Shown here: positions 32,799-42,857 of the stretch, in pieces | Numbering within the stretch: position 1 is the first letter of the stretch | Layout of the letters: each line of letters starts with the position of its first letter | DNA from: Alphaproteobacteria bacterium | GTDB lineage: Bacteria; Pseudomonadota; Alphaproteobacteria; MPNO01; UBA830 | Direction: 5' to 3' | Assembly (NCBI GenBank): GCA_964291215.2 | Contig: OZ219791.1 | Coordinates: 640,001 to 704,000, forward strand | DNA length: 64,000 nt | Notes under the pieces: generated by a model | Told to the model about the DNA's origin: nothing | What the model saw: the letters and a program-made list of their open reading frames with translations, nothing else | The model's database searches: none | Made by a program: the position numbers and the translations under genes

Positions 32799-34406
32799 CT
32801 ACGGGTTTTTCACATACGCGTTCTTGCGCAGATAGAACCACCAGTTGATGCCGATGCACAGTGTGTAGAAGGCCGCGAAACCGTAGAGCGCGTACTCGGG
32901 GGTGGTTGCCTTGATCTGCTCGCCGAACACCTTCGGTATGATGAAGGCGCCGTAGGCGGCGACCGCGGACGTCCAGCCGAGAACCGGGCCGGCCTGCACC
33001 TTGTCGAACACGATTGCGATGGTCCGGAAAGTCGAGCCGTTACCGATCCCGGTGGCAGCGAACAGGATCAGGAACAGGACCAGGAAGGGCAGGAAGTAGT
33101 CTTCGGGCGTCGGCGAGGCGTAGGCGAGCGACAGGAAATACGCGACCCCGAGGGCGCATACGACCATCACGACGGAAACGATCTGGGTGACCAGAGCGCC
33201 GCCGAGGCGGTCGGAGATCATGCCGCCGACGGGACGGATCAACGCGCCGATGAACGGCCCTGTCCATGCGTACATCAGCGCGCTCGGTCCGTTGGGGTTC
33301 TGCGTCGTGTGGGTGATCACTCCGTCAACCTCGATGTGCTGGAAGCCGAACACCACCTTGATCGCCAGACCGAAGGCCGCGGCGTAACCGATGAACGAGC
33401 CGAAGGTCATCGTGTAGATGACCGTCATTGCCCATGTGTGCTTGTTCCTGAATATCGCGTATTGCTGGTCGAGGCTTCGGCGGATCGTGCCGGGGATCAG
33501 CCGCAAGGCGAAGACCGTGGCGGCAATGACCAGCGGCAGCACAAGCCACTTGCTGAGTTCGAGCCCGGAGCCACCGGTCTTGGCCGGCAGCAGCAGCCAT
33601 AGTCCGGCCGCCGCGGTGACGAGCCCGATGGCAAGCATGCCGAGGATCTTGCCGAAAGCCGATGTGGTCGAGGTGAGGCCCGGCGAGACATGCTCCGCGG
33701 TGATGTTGTTCATGCCGAACCATGCGGTGATCACCAGCGGAACCAGGATGGCGACCCAGACATAGCCGGCGTTATGGATGTAGGTCTCCGTACCGGCGGG
33801 GATCTTGCCGATCAGCGTTCCAGAGCTGTTGGCAAGGATCAGTGCGGAGCCGCCGAAAATTCCGACGGTCATCACCAGCGGGACCAGGATCTGCATCGTG
33901 GTGACGCCGAAATTGCCCAGCCCCGCGTTCATGCCGAGGGAATAGCCTTGCACATGCTTGGGATAGAAGAAGGAGATGTTCGACATCGAAGAGGCGAAAT
34001 TGCCGCCGCCGAAGCCGGACAGCAGCGCCATCATCTGGAACTGCCATAACGGCGTGGTCGGGTTCTGCAGCAGAAATCCGGTTCCTGCCGCCGGGAGGAT
34101 CAGCAGCGCCGTGGTAAGGAAGATCGTGTTGCGGCCGCCGGCGATGCGGATGAAGAACGACGAGGGGATCCTCAGTGTGGCGCCGCTCAACCCGGCGATC
34201 GCAGCGAGGGTAAACAGTTCCGCCTGCGAGAACGGAAACTTCAGGTTGATCATCTGGACGGTGATGATCCCCCAGTACAGCCAGATCGCGAAGCCGGACA
34301 ACAGGCAGGGGATGGAGATCCACAAGTTGCGGGTCGCGATGCGCTTGCCTTCGGCCTGCCAGAAGGTCTCATCTTCCGGATTCCAGGTCGTCAGGTTCTT
34401 GGCCAT
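32799..34406 (-). CDS. narK: NarK2-type nitrate/nitrite transporter
   Basis: WNPEDETFW, GFGGGNFASSM, GIGNGSTF; ATG 34406 after gagg RBS. Confidence 0.9.
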   Translation of the reverse strand: MAKNLTTWNPEDETFWQAEGKRIATRNLWISIPCLLSGFAIWLYWGIITVQMINLKFPFSQAELFTLAAIAGLSGATLRIPSSFFIRIAGGRNTIFLTTALLILPAAGTGFLLQNPTTPLWQFQMMALLSGFGGGNFASSMSNISFFYPKHVQGYSLGMNAGLGNFGVTTMQILVPLVMTVGIFGGSALILANSSGTLIGKIPAGTETYIHNAGYVWVAILVPLVITAWFGMNNITAEHVSPGLTSTTSAFGKILGMLAIGLVTAAAGLWLLLPAKTGGSGLELSKWLVLPLVIAATVFALRLIPGTIRRSLDQQYAIFRNKHTWAMTVIYTMTFGSFIGYAAAFGLAIKVVFGFQHIEVDGVITHTTQNPNGPSALMYAWTGPFIGALIRPVGGMISDRLGGALVTQIVSVVMVVCALGVAYFLSLAYASPTPEDYFLPFLVLFLILFAATGIGNGSTFRTIAIVFDKVQAGPVLGWTSAVAAYGAFIIPKVFGEQIKATTPEYALYGFAAFYTLCIGINWWFYLRKNAYVKNP

Positions 34407-34748
34407 TCCGTTGCCCTCTTCCTGCGAGCCTCTGGCAAGAATTTCCGCCGGAAGGCGGGAGCCGAGCAAGGCACCGGCCGAATTATAGGACGGGTCCAAT
34501 CGAGATCGAGGGGGGTGCCGGATTTTTTTGCACCGGCCGCCTTGCGTCCCGATTTTCAGTGAAGCGGACCAAACCGCGGGGTCGTGGAACGCGAAGGCGT
34601 ACCGGTGCCGCCGGGCTCGTCCCCGTGCCGGCCTCTGGCGTTCTGCGCCCCGTGGCGAGGCGTCCGGTTCCGACACCGCGGATGCGCGAAAGATCGGCTG
34701 GCGGCTCTTCTGAACCCGCCAACCGGCCTTCGGCCCGGCGCCATTTCC

Positions 34749-36095
34749 CTAGCCGGTCTTCGCCGATGGGCTGCCGACCGCGGGCGGTGGTTGCGGCCTG
34801 TCGGGCACATCGCTGAGATAGCGCTCCTCGACAAGCGCCGGATGACGGCGGCGCTCCATGAGGCGGATCGCCACATGCATCCAGACTGTGCTCACCAGCA
34901 CGATCACGAACAGGAGCATGAAGGAGCTCGTCCAGACGCCGAACCAGTCGTTCAGGATACCGAACATGATCGGCAACACGAAGCCGCCAAGACCGCCGAT
35001 CATGCCGACGAGCCCGCCGACCGAGCCCACATGATGCGGGTAGTACACCGGGATATGCTTGTAGACGGCGGCTTTGCCGAGCGACATCACGAAACCTAGC
35101 AGCACGCTGAGGATGACGAAGGCCGTCAGGCTGACGCCGAAGGTGAATTCGACCGGACTGTCGATCCCCTGGACGGTGTACTGAGTGTGCGGATAGCTCA
35201 TCACGAACAGGCACGCCAATGACACGATGAAGGTCAGGTACATGACGAATCGCGCTCCCCACTTGTCCGACATCCAGCCGCCGAGCGCGCGAAATACCGA
35301 ACCGGGCATCGAATAGGCTGCCGCCAGCATGCCGGCGGTTGCCAGCGGCAGGTCGTAGGCGCCGACATAGAAACGGGGGAGATAGGAGGCGAGCGCGACG
35401 AAACCGCCGAATACGAAGAAGTAGTAGGTGGCGAAACGCCAGACTTGGAGGTTCTTCAGCGGTTCAAGTTGCTCGCCCGTCGAGACCGGCTTGCGGCCCT
35501 CGCGCTTGCGCGCAACCTCCGAGGGGTCCGGCTTGGCCAGCAGGAAGAAGGCGACGGCAGTCAGCGCCAGCAGGACCGCATAGATCTGGGCGGTCTGCTC
35601 CCAGCCGAAGGCAAGCAGGAGGAACGGCGCGCCAAAGTTTGTGACTGCGGCGCCGACATTGCCGACCCCGAAGATGCCGAGCGCCGTGCCCTGGCGTTCC
35701 TTCTCGAACCATTGCGAGGTGTAGGCGATGCCGACGATGAACGACCCGCCGGCCAGTCCGACGCCGAGGGCGGCGACCAGGAACACCTCGTAGGTCTGTA
35801 CCTCGGACAACAGCCAGCAGGCCAGGGCTGTCGCCAGCATCTGGAGCGTGAAGACCACGCGGCCGCCATACTGTTCGGTCCAGACGCCGAGAAAGATACG
35901 GCTGATCGACCCGGTCAGGACAGGCGTTGCGACCAGCACCCCGAACTCGGTCTCAGACAGCCCCAGATCCTGCTTGATCTTGACGCCGATGATGGAAAAG
36001 ATCGTCCAGACGGCGAAGCACACGGTGAACGAAAATGTGCTCAATCCAAGCGCCCGGTACCGATCGCCCTTGGAGATGCCGGTGAGATCATGCAT
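34749..36095 (-). CDS. narK: NarK1-type nitrate transporter
   Basis: FAVWTIFSIIG, GLAGGSF, GVGNVG, MSLGKAAVYKHIP; ggaggag RBS. Confidence 0.9.
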   Translation of the reverse strand: MHDLTGISKGDRYRALGLSTFSFTVCFAVWTIFSIIGVKIKQDLGLSETEFGVLVATPVLTGSISRIFLGVWTEQYGGRVVFTLQMLATALACWLLSEVQTYEVFLVAALGVGLAGGSFIVGIAYTSQWFEKERQGTALGIFGVGNVGAAVTNFGAPFLLLAFGWEQTAQIYAVLLALTAVAFFLLAKPDPSEVARKREGRKPVSTGEQLEPLKNLQVWRFATYYFFVFGGFVALASYLPRFYVGAYDLPLATAGMLAAAYSMPGSVFRALGGWMSDKWGARFVMYLTFIVSLACLFVMSYPHTQYTVQGIDSPVEFTFGVSLTAFVILSVLLGFVMSLGKAAVYKHIPVYYPHHVGSVGGLVGMIGGLGGFVLPIMFGILNDWFGVWTSSFMLLFVIVLVSTVWMHVAIRLMERRRHPALVEERYLSDVPDRPQPPPAVGSPSAKTG

Positions 36096-36427
36096 AACGC
36101 GGGCTCCTCCTTCCGATCGCAAATCTCCGGGCGTTAGCCCACGGGCATGCGGCACGAGATCCAGGAGAAGATGACCTAGATTCGCCAGCGCCCGGTCCAG
36201 CTTCTGTTATATCGCACCTCCGTTCCTGTGTTCAACGCCCCATGAGAGCCGGTTGGCGCCGATCCCGTCGACCGTCCGGATTCGGCGGCCTCGACAGTGT
36301 CGTCGTTGCGGAAAAGCGCGTTGATCGGGGCGCGTTCAGGGCCCGGTGTGGCCTTCTCCGCTGTGAGAATCGCCGGCGCCTGTCCGGCAGCGGCCGTCTC
36401 TCGACGGCTCGCCGAAGAAGCCGCGGC

Positions 36428-38611
36428 CTATCTGTCGAGGGACGGCCTTCGGTCCAGCAGCCCGGCTGCAAGCTCGAACGCGTGCGCCGCCCGAAACACG
36501 GTTGCCTCGTCCCAGTGTTGTCCGGCTATCTGTGCGCCGATCGGCGTCCCATCCTCGAAAAGCCGGCCCGCACCACATGGCAGGGGTGGGCGGTAAGGTT
36601 GAACGGGATACCGATGGTCGGCGTGTCGATGAAGGGGAAGGGCTGGGCGTGCAGCGAGTCTAGCTGCTGATCTTGCGGGTGAAAGTCCCGCAATTCTCAG
36701 TTTGGCGCCGTAGCATTGGTTCAGGGGCGACCCTGGATCAGCGAGCTGGGACGTAGAAAGCCGTCGTGGGCTGGCTGGAACGCAGTGTCCAGCCGGTCCG
36801 GTCAGCCAGGGCGGCGAGCAAACCGGAGGGCGAAAGCGAACGGGAAGCCCCGAAATTCCCCACCCACACGAAGCTGATTTGTGGGATAGACGGCGAACGC
36901 CAAGGTTGCTACCCGATGGCCAGTGTCGATGCGGAAGAACTGAGGAACACGCATCGGGTTCCCCGGGGTACAGACGGCGGCAATTCGGGACAGATCAGCA
37001 GTGAAAGACCGGAAGGTGAGGAGGACAGACAGGATGAAGTGACCCGTCAAGGACCGCGTCTATAACCGGGAAAGGACGCGGAGTCCTCCTGACTGGCGGA
37101 TGAGGTCGCCTAAGCGTTGACGGGCGGGACAACACAACCCGTCCCGAGCGAGGACCTCAGGGCTCAGGTAGCCTATGCGGCAGGTCAAGCCGGTACGCAG
37201 ACCGACAGACTGCAAGGCCGAAGGACGGAGCAAACGCTCGGAGATGCCGTGGGTATGGTTGGGTCAGCCTTGACTATGGCGTGGGAAGGCTTCGCACCGA
37301 ACTCCAAGTGGGTGCCTGATGCTTGAACCGGGAAAACCGGACGTACGGAATTTTAGGGGGGCTGCTGGAAACGTGGTCTATGGCGATTCTGCGAACCCGC
37401 CCGCAATCGAAAGAGCGGTGACGGATAAAGCCTTCGCCTAAGGATGCGCGCGCCAGCGGCCTACCCGACGTCGTCGAACGGCGGGGCCGGCGTCAGCATC
37501 CCGGTGGTGGTGACGATGTCGCAGCGCGTGAGCACCGCCTCGAGCTCCGCAAGGAGTTCCGCCCGTCGGCGTTGCGCCTGGATGTAGGCGACGGCGCGGA
37601 GCAGGCTGCCCAGCATCAGCCGGTTGCGTGCGAGGCGGCCGTACTCCTCCCACCGGGTTTGCAGCCGTTCCTCATGGATCGCGAAGGCCTCGGCAGGCAC
37701 TAGAACGCGGCCGACCGTGTGCCAGTCCATCAGCGGAGAGAACGAAACCTCCTCCACCTCGGCGCCGAGCCCGGCGAGGGTTTCGGCGACCCCGTCGATC
37801 GCCGCTACGATCTCGGGCGGCGACGCGAAGTCGTCCGTGTAGAAGTGCCGGATCAGGCCGACCCTGAGGCCCCCGACCCCGCCCTCGAGACCGGCGATGT
37901 AGTCGGGCACCGCGACGTCGGCACTCATCGGGTCCCGCGGGTCGTGGCCGGCGAGGACCTGCAGCATGATGGCGGCGTCTTCGCTGGTGTAGGCCGTGGG
38001 GCCGACGCAGTCGAAGGAATAGGTCAGGGGCATGTCGCCATGGGCGCTGACCCGGCCGATGGAGGGCTTCAGGCCGACGATGCTGCAGAAGGCGGCCGGC
38101 AGCCGGATCGAACCGCCGGCGTCGGTTCCGATCGCGCCGAGACAGAGCCCGGCGGCGGCGGCGGCGCCCGACCCGCTCGACGAGCCGCCGGTGATGCGCC
38201 CGGCGTCCCAGGGGTTGAGCGCAGGCGGAAAGGGAGGCTCGCTCGAGGGTCTGCCGCCGAAGGTGAACTCGTAGGTATTGAGCTGGCCGAGGAGCACGGC
38301 GCCGCCCGTCTTTAGCCGCGTGATCACGCCCGCGTCCTCGTCGGCTTCGAAGTCGATCATCACGCGCGAGTAGGAGGTAGTCTTCCTGCCCTTCCAATAG
38401 AAGGCGTCCTTGAGCGCGATCGGAATGCCATGGAGAGGGCCCAAATCGACGCCGCGGCCGCCTCCTCGGCAAAGACCCGGTGGTAGGCATGGAGAGCCGG
38501 GTCGTAGCGCTCGATGCGTTCCAGGCAGAGCGCGGTGAGATCCACCGGCGACAGCGTGCCGTCGCGGAAACTGTGTGCGGCCTCCGCGATAGTCGGCAGT
38601 TCAGCGGTCAT
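36428..38611 (-). pseudogene. Amidase (amidase-signature family) split by a group II intron, with two further frameshifts
   Basis: GPLHGIPIALKD, GGSSSGS, GTDAGGSIRLPA; removing 36649-37469 rejoins PFDD|AQPFPF..PFNLT; frameshifts near 38450 and 36555; C-terminus GTPIGAQIAG..WDEATVFRAAHAFE. Confidence 0.85.
36649..37469 (+). ncRNA. ORF-less group II intron (821 nt)
   Basis: Begins GTGCAG, ends CTACCCGAC; gcgggtgaaagtcccgc domain I motif; DV-like ccgggaaaaccggacgtacgg followed by a long DVI; precise removal restores the host reading frame. Confidence 0.85.
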
Positions 38612-38798
38612 CCGCGGGCGCCCGAGGCGTGTAGTGCGGGAGCATCCGAACCTCCCAGCTTCGTCCGGGCAGGCGAGTGCGCTCGGCCAGCTTCATCAGC
38701 GTGCCGTAGGTCTTGCGGAGATCTTCCTTCTCCTCCTTCGAGACCGGCACGCCGGAGGCGTCGATCAGCGCTTCGAACATCGCATCATGATCCGCCAT
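38601..38798 (-). CDS. Small hypothetical protein (65 aa), possible amidase accessory subunit
   Basis: gaggagggg RBS; its 3' end overlaps the downstream amidase start. Confidence 0.6.
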   Translation of the reverse strand: MADHDAMFEALIDASGVPVSKEEKEDLRKTYGTLMKLAERTRLPGRSWEVRMLPHYTPRAPADDR

Positions 38799-38809
38799 CT
38801 CGCCCCTCC

Positions 38810-40240
38810 TCAACCCGCCGGATCGATCGGTGTCTCGATGGACGCGTGCGCCTCGACCACCTCGCCGGCCGCCAGCAGGCGCTCCTCGCCGAAGCGGGCG
38901 GAAACGATCTGAACGCCCGTCGGCACGCCGCCAGCCGTGCTCGTGGGCACGGAGAGCCCCGGCAGGCCGAGCAGCGACACCGCGAGCATCGGGCGGTGCG
39001 CCTCGAGCATCTCGAGCACTGCCTTGTCGCCCTTCTGGTCATGGTCGATCGGATAGGGGAGTTGCCAGGAGACCGGCATTACGAGAATCGGCCAGCGCGC
39101 GAAGAACGCGTTCCATTCGCGAAGGATGGTGGTCCGGGTAGCGAGCGCACGGACATAGCTCTCGTAGTCGAGATCGCCGGCATAGGCGCGGACCGACGCA
39201 CGGGCGCGCCTGACCGCCTCGTCGCCGAATCGTTCGATCGCGCTCGACGAGGCGGCGCGTTCGGCCGGTGTGGCCGCTCGCTCCTCGGCCATCAGAATCG
39301 GCCAGAACAGGCCCGAAACCTCGTCGAGCCTGGGCGGAGCGCTCTCCTCGACCTCATAGCCCGCATTTTCGAGCCACGCGCCGGCACTGCGAACTGCCTC
39401 GGCAACCGCCGGATCGGCGTCCGCGCCGGAAAGGGACGGCAGGATCGCAGCCCTGCACGGGCCTGCGTCTACGCCCGCTCCGAGCGGGACCGGAACCGAC
39501 CACGGATCCCGTGAATCGGGCGCGGCCAGCGCCTCGAGACCGAGGCGGACATCGCGGACCGAGCGCGCCAGCGGACCGTGGACGCTCGTCATCTGCGAGG
39601 AGATGCCGCGTTCCTCGGCAGCCGACGGGTTGAAATCGGGCACCCGGCCGAGACTCGGGCGCAGGCCGGCGACGCCGCAGGTGTAGGCCGGATACCTCAC
39701 CGACCCGGCGCGGTCGTTGCCGTGCCCGATCGGGCCGATCCCGGCGGCCACGGCGGCCGCCGCGCCGCCGCTCGAGCCTCCCGGCGTGCGGCCCGCATCC
39801 CACGGGTTGAGCGTCCGCCCGTGCAGGTCGTTGTCGGTGAAATAGCGGGTCGAGAAACCCGGGACGTTGGTCCGTCCGAGAATCACCGCACCCGCCTTGC
39901 GCAGGTTGGCTACCGGAGCGCTGTCTTCCGCGGCCGTCATGTCGGCGAACGCAACCACGCCGTTGGTTGTTGCCCGGCCGGCATAGTCGACATTGATCTT
40001 GACCGTTACCGGCACCCCATGGAGAACGCCGGATACCTCGCCGCGGCGCACCGCCTCGTCCGCACGGTCTGCGGCCGCCAGCGCTTGCTCGGCGAGCACA
40101 TCGACGACGGCGTTGATCACCGGATTGACCGCTTCGAGCCGCGTGAGGCAGCTCTCCGTCGCCTCGCGGCTCGATATCGCGCCCGTTCGGATGCTGCGGA
40201 CCAGCTGCTCGGCCGTCCAGCGCCAGAGTTCGTCACCCAT
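38810..40240 (-). CDS. Amidase family protein
   Basis: LHGVPVTVK, TPGGSSGG, GNDRAGSVRYPA; aagga RBS before ATG 40240. Confidence 0.9.
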   Translation of the reverse strand: MGDELWRWTAEQLVRSIRTGAISSREATESCLTRLEAVNPVINAVVDVLAEQALAAADRADEAVRRGEVSGVLHGVPVTVKINVDYAGRATTNGVVAFADMTAAEDSAPVANLRKAGAVILGRTNVPGFSTRYFTDNDLHGRTLNPWDAGRTPGGSSGGAAAAVAAGIGPIGHGNDRAGSVRYPAYTCGVAGLRPSLGRVPDFNPSAAEERGISSQMTSVHGPLARSVRDVRLGLEALAAPDSRDPWSVPVPLGAGVDAGPCRAAILPSLSGADADPAVAEAVRSAGAWLENAGYEVEESAPPRLDEVSGLFWPILMAEERAATPAERAASSSAIERFGDEAVRRARASVRAYAGDLDYESYVRALATRTTILREWNAFFARWPILVMPVSWQLPYPIDHDQKGDKAVLEMLEAHRPMLAVSLLGLPGLSVPTSTAGGVPTGVQIVSARFGEERLLAAGEVVEAHASIETPIDPAG

Positions 40241-40858
40241 GTCCGTCCTTTCCTTCCGGCGTCCCGTCGTCCAGCGGCGGTCCTCCATCGGGGGCCTTCC
40301 GTGTCCGGTCCTCGGTCCGATCCTGTTTTTGGGGCCGGTTCACAGCCGGAACCTTATTAAGCCACATCCGGCCCAAAAGTCACCCGCGCGGTACGGAGTG
40401 CCCTCCGCGGACTGCGGGGATATCTCAAACGCGTTCGGCGCCCCTTTCCGCGGGCCGGTATCGCAGCCGCCGGCAAGAGGAATTCTTGTTGAGTGGATCA
40501 GGCAACATCTTCACATCAAGGCGCCTTTCGAGATGTCGCAGGGGTGGCGCGATGCGGATTTCCGGCGCATGCCGGAAGAGACGCAGAACGCTCACCCGGA
40601 GGGTGAACCTTTGAAACTGTCACATCCTTAGCCATCCGTCAGAAGTAATGGACTTTCCCGATTCGGGCACTCTCGCCAACCGGTGTTTTCAGGTTCATGT
40701 TCGCCCTGGTCGTATCCGTCCCGTGCTCATGAAAAGGCAAGCGGATAGCGTGGCCGTGCGTTCGATGCGTTCGTTTCGGGCCATTCGGAGCTACGGCAAG
40801 GAAGGTCAAGCGCACCCGCCTCAGTCGCAGGTGCCGGCGCCGCGAAAGGAGAGACCGA

Positions 40859-41070
40859 ATGACCCGCCGCCGTCTTCCGATCGGGATCCAGGACTTCCGG
40901 CGCCTCCGGGAGACCGGCAGCTACTATGTCGACAAGACCCCGCTCATCCGGGATCTGGTCGAGCAGGGCGACTACTACTTCCTGTCCCGTCCGCGCCGCT
41001 TCGGCAAGAGCCTGCTGCTCGACACGCTGGGGTCGCTGTTCGCCTGTCACGAACCCCTGTTCCGGGTTCC
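40859..41070 (+). pseudogene. AAA-ATPase-like protein (PD-(D/E)XK-associated type), N-terminal fragment
   Basis: RLPIGIQDF..YYVDKT..YFLSRPRRFGKSLL, cut off at a G14 run and an IS end. Confidence 0.85.
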
Positions 41071-41084
41071 GGGGGGGGGGGGGG

Positions 41085-42312
41085 CAAGTCTCGTATGTCA
41101 GTTGTGGGCTCATTTCCGTTTGTTCATCTCATGCGGCCAGTGCCGGGGTGTGATTTGGGCTGATGTTGTCATTGGCTGGTGCGTCGTTTGCACCGATCAT
41201 GGCCGTCCACGCGCTCTCGAAGCGGCCGGATTTGAGCAGGGCGTGGAAGGTGATTGTCCGCCGACGATGCGCCAGCGCATGCCGGAGCGTTTCATGCGCT
41301 GTGTGACGAGGGTCTTGTTTGCTGCCTCGACAAGCCGATCGCGTTTGCTTGTTGCTTCAGCGCGTGGTAGCGCATGCGATGGCGATGCTTGCGGAAGAAG
41401 GCCAGTTCGCTGTCGATGTCGGCTCGGGCCGCTGGCGCGGCAGTGTCGCGAAGGTGGCGCAGCGCCCGGATCCCCCTGTCGATGCCGCGGGGGTCGTGAC
41501 GCAGGATCTCGCGGCACTTCTCGAACCAGTGGGGCGCCGCTGCATGGTTGGCCGCCACGCGCAGATGCTCGCAGGCATACCTCGGTTTTGGGCTCAAGAC
41601 CCCTGAGGAAGGTCCAGTTGTCGGCAGCGGCGTCGGCGACGGCGCTGATCCCGATATCGGGACGCCACCGCCTGATATGCTCGACCTCGTTTGCGAGCTG
41701 CGCCTTCAGCGTGTGCTTTCGGCCCTCGGGCATGCGGCCGAGATAGACGGTCTTCAGGCGTCCACCGTCGGCGTCGTGGAAGGAGACTGTGCCACAGGCC
41801 GCCTCGCGCCAGCAGGCCTCAGAACAGCCGTCCTCGCCGGCCCGCAGCGCCACCATGACGCCGTCCAGCGAGGCGGTGACCGCGTCTTGCGGGATGTCGG
41901 CTTCCCGGATGCCGTCCAGGGTTTGCGGGGCGAGACTTTCCCAGCGGTCCTGCATGGTCAGGCTCAGGCGCTGCAAGGTGCTCGCCGACGGCGTCATGGC
42001 ACCGAGATTGCTGAAGAACGTCTCCGCTTCCCGCGCCGTGCAGTGGCCCATCATCAGCCCAAGCCGTCGGCCGTGTCAGGTAGTCGTCGACGAGGCTTTC
42101 GTCCACCGGCATCAGCGACTGGCGGCGCGCGTCGGTGCGGTAGCGCGCACGCCGAAAGGTCACCGCGCCGAGTGAGGTCATGATCGTCTTCGGCGCCGCA
42201 CGGAACCAGCCGTCTCGCTCGATCCGGGGCGCACCGTCGTCCCGGGCCTCGGCGCAGGCACCCAGGATCTCGCAGCGTGTACACGCTCTCACGCACCCGC
42301 CGCTCCGTTTCC
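41085..42312 (-). mobile_element. ISKra4/ISLre2-like element relic
   Basis: SLDGVMV, WREAACGTVSF, VADAAADNW, VEAANKTLVTQRMKRSGMRW; frameshifted; 5' end cut at the MITE at 42313. Confidence 0.78.
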
Positions 42313-42439
42313 GTAAGCGTTCGGTCATGCAGTGATAGAGGCATCATGGAACTGGGCGAATGCGGGCGAGACCCGGAGCATGTGCGTGGTTGCCACCGTC
42401 ATTCTTACCATGATCACCTCTTGTTGATCGAACACTTGC
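42313..42439. mobile_element. IS66-type MITE, copy a (127 bp)
   Basis: Ends GTAAGCGTTCGGTCA / TGATCGAACACTTGC; interior similar to 44385-44507. Confidence 0.7.
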
Positions 42440-42760
42440 GATTGAAGGGTGCTTCGGAGCCTGAAGGCCGGAACACGGACCAGGGACCAGCGCCTTGGTC
42501 AGGCCGGCGAGATGAGGACATGTCCGGCCTTCGACGCCATCACCGCATGCCGCGTCATGAGCGTCGAGTGTCTCGCACGCTCATGAGCCCGATCACGCCG
42601 GCAAACCGCATCGTCCACCAAGGACGAGACCTCGACATCCACGGGTCCGGCCGACAGTGCCCGGTGCGTGGACCTCCCGATCCCGAACCAGCCATCGAAG
42701 CCTTCGCCATCGAGGTCGCACGCCTGGCAGGCCTCACCCCGGGTCAGGCGTCGCGATTGC
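42440..42760 (+). pseudogene. IS4 transposase C-terminal fragment
   Basis: Aligns with ~17970-18240 (FDAITACRV, AFAIEVARLAG). Confidence 0.7.
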
Positions 42761-42857
42761 CGACCTGGTGCTGTCTGGCGTAGAGTGCCGTCATGTCGAC
42801 TACCTTCCCTCTTCCGGCCCGTGAGCGCGATGTCCGTCGGGACGCCGGGAGTGTTTC

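Noticed and set aside
36300-36345. Possible FNR box upstream of narK (ttgat at ~36321)
   Set aside because: Only one half-site; the ATCAA half is absent.
36766-37326. Short ORFs inside the intron as an intron-encoded protein
   Set aside because: All under 100 aa with no RT (YADD) or nuclease motifs.
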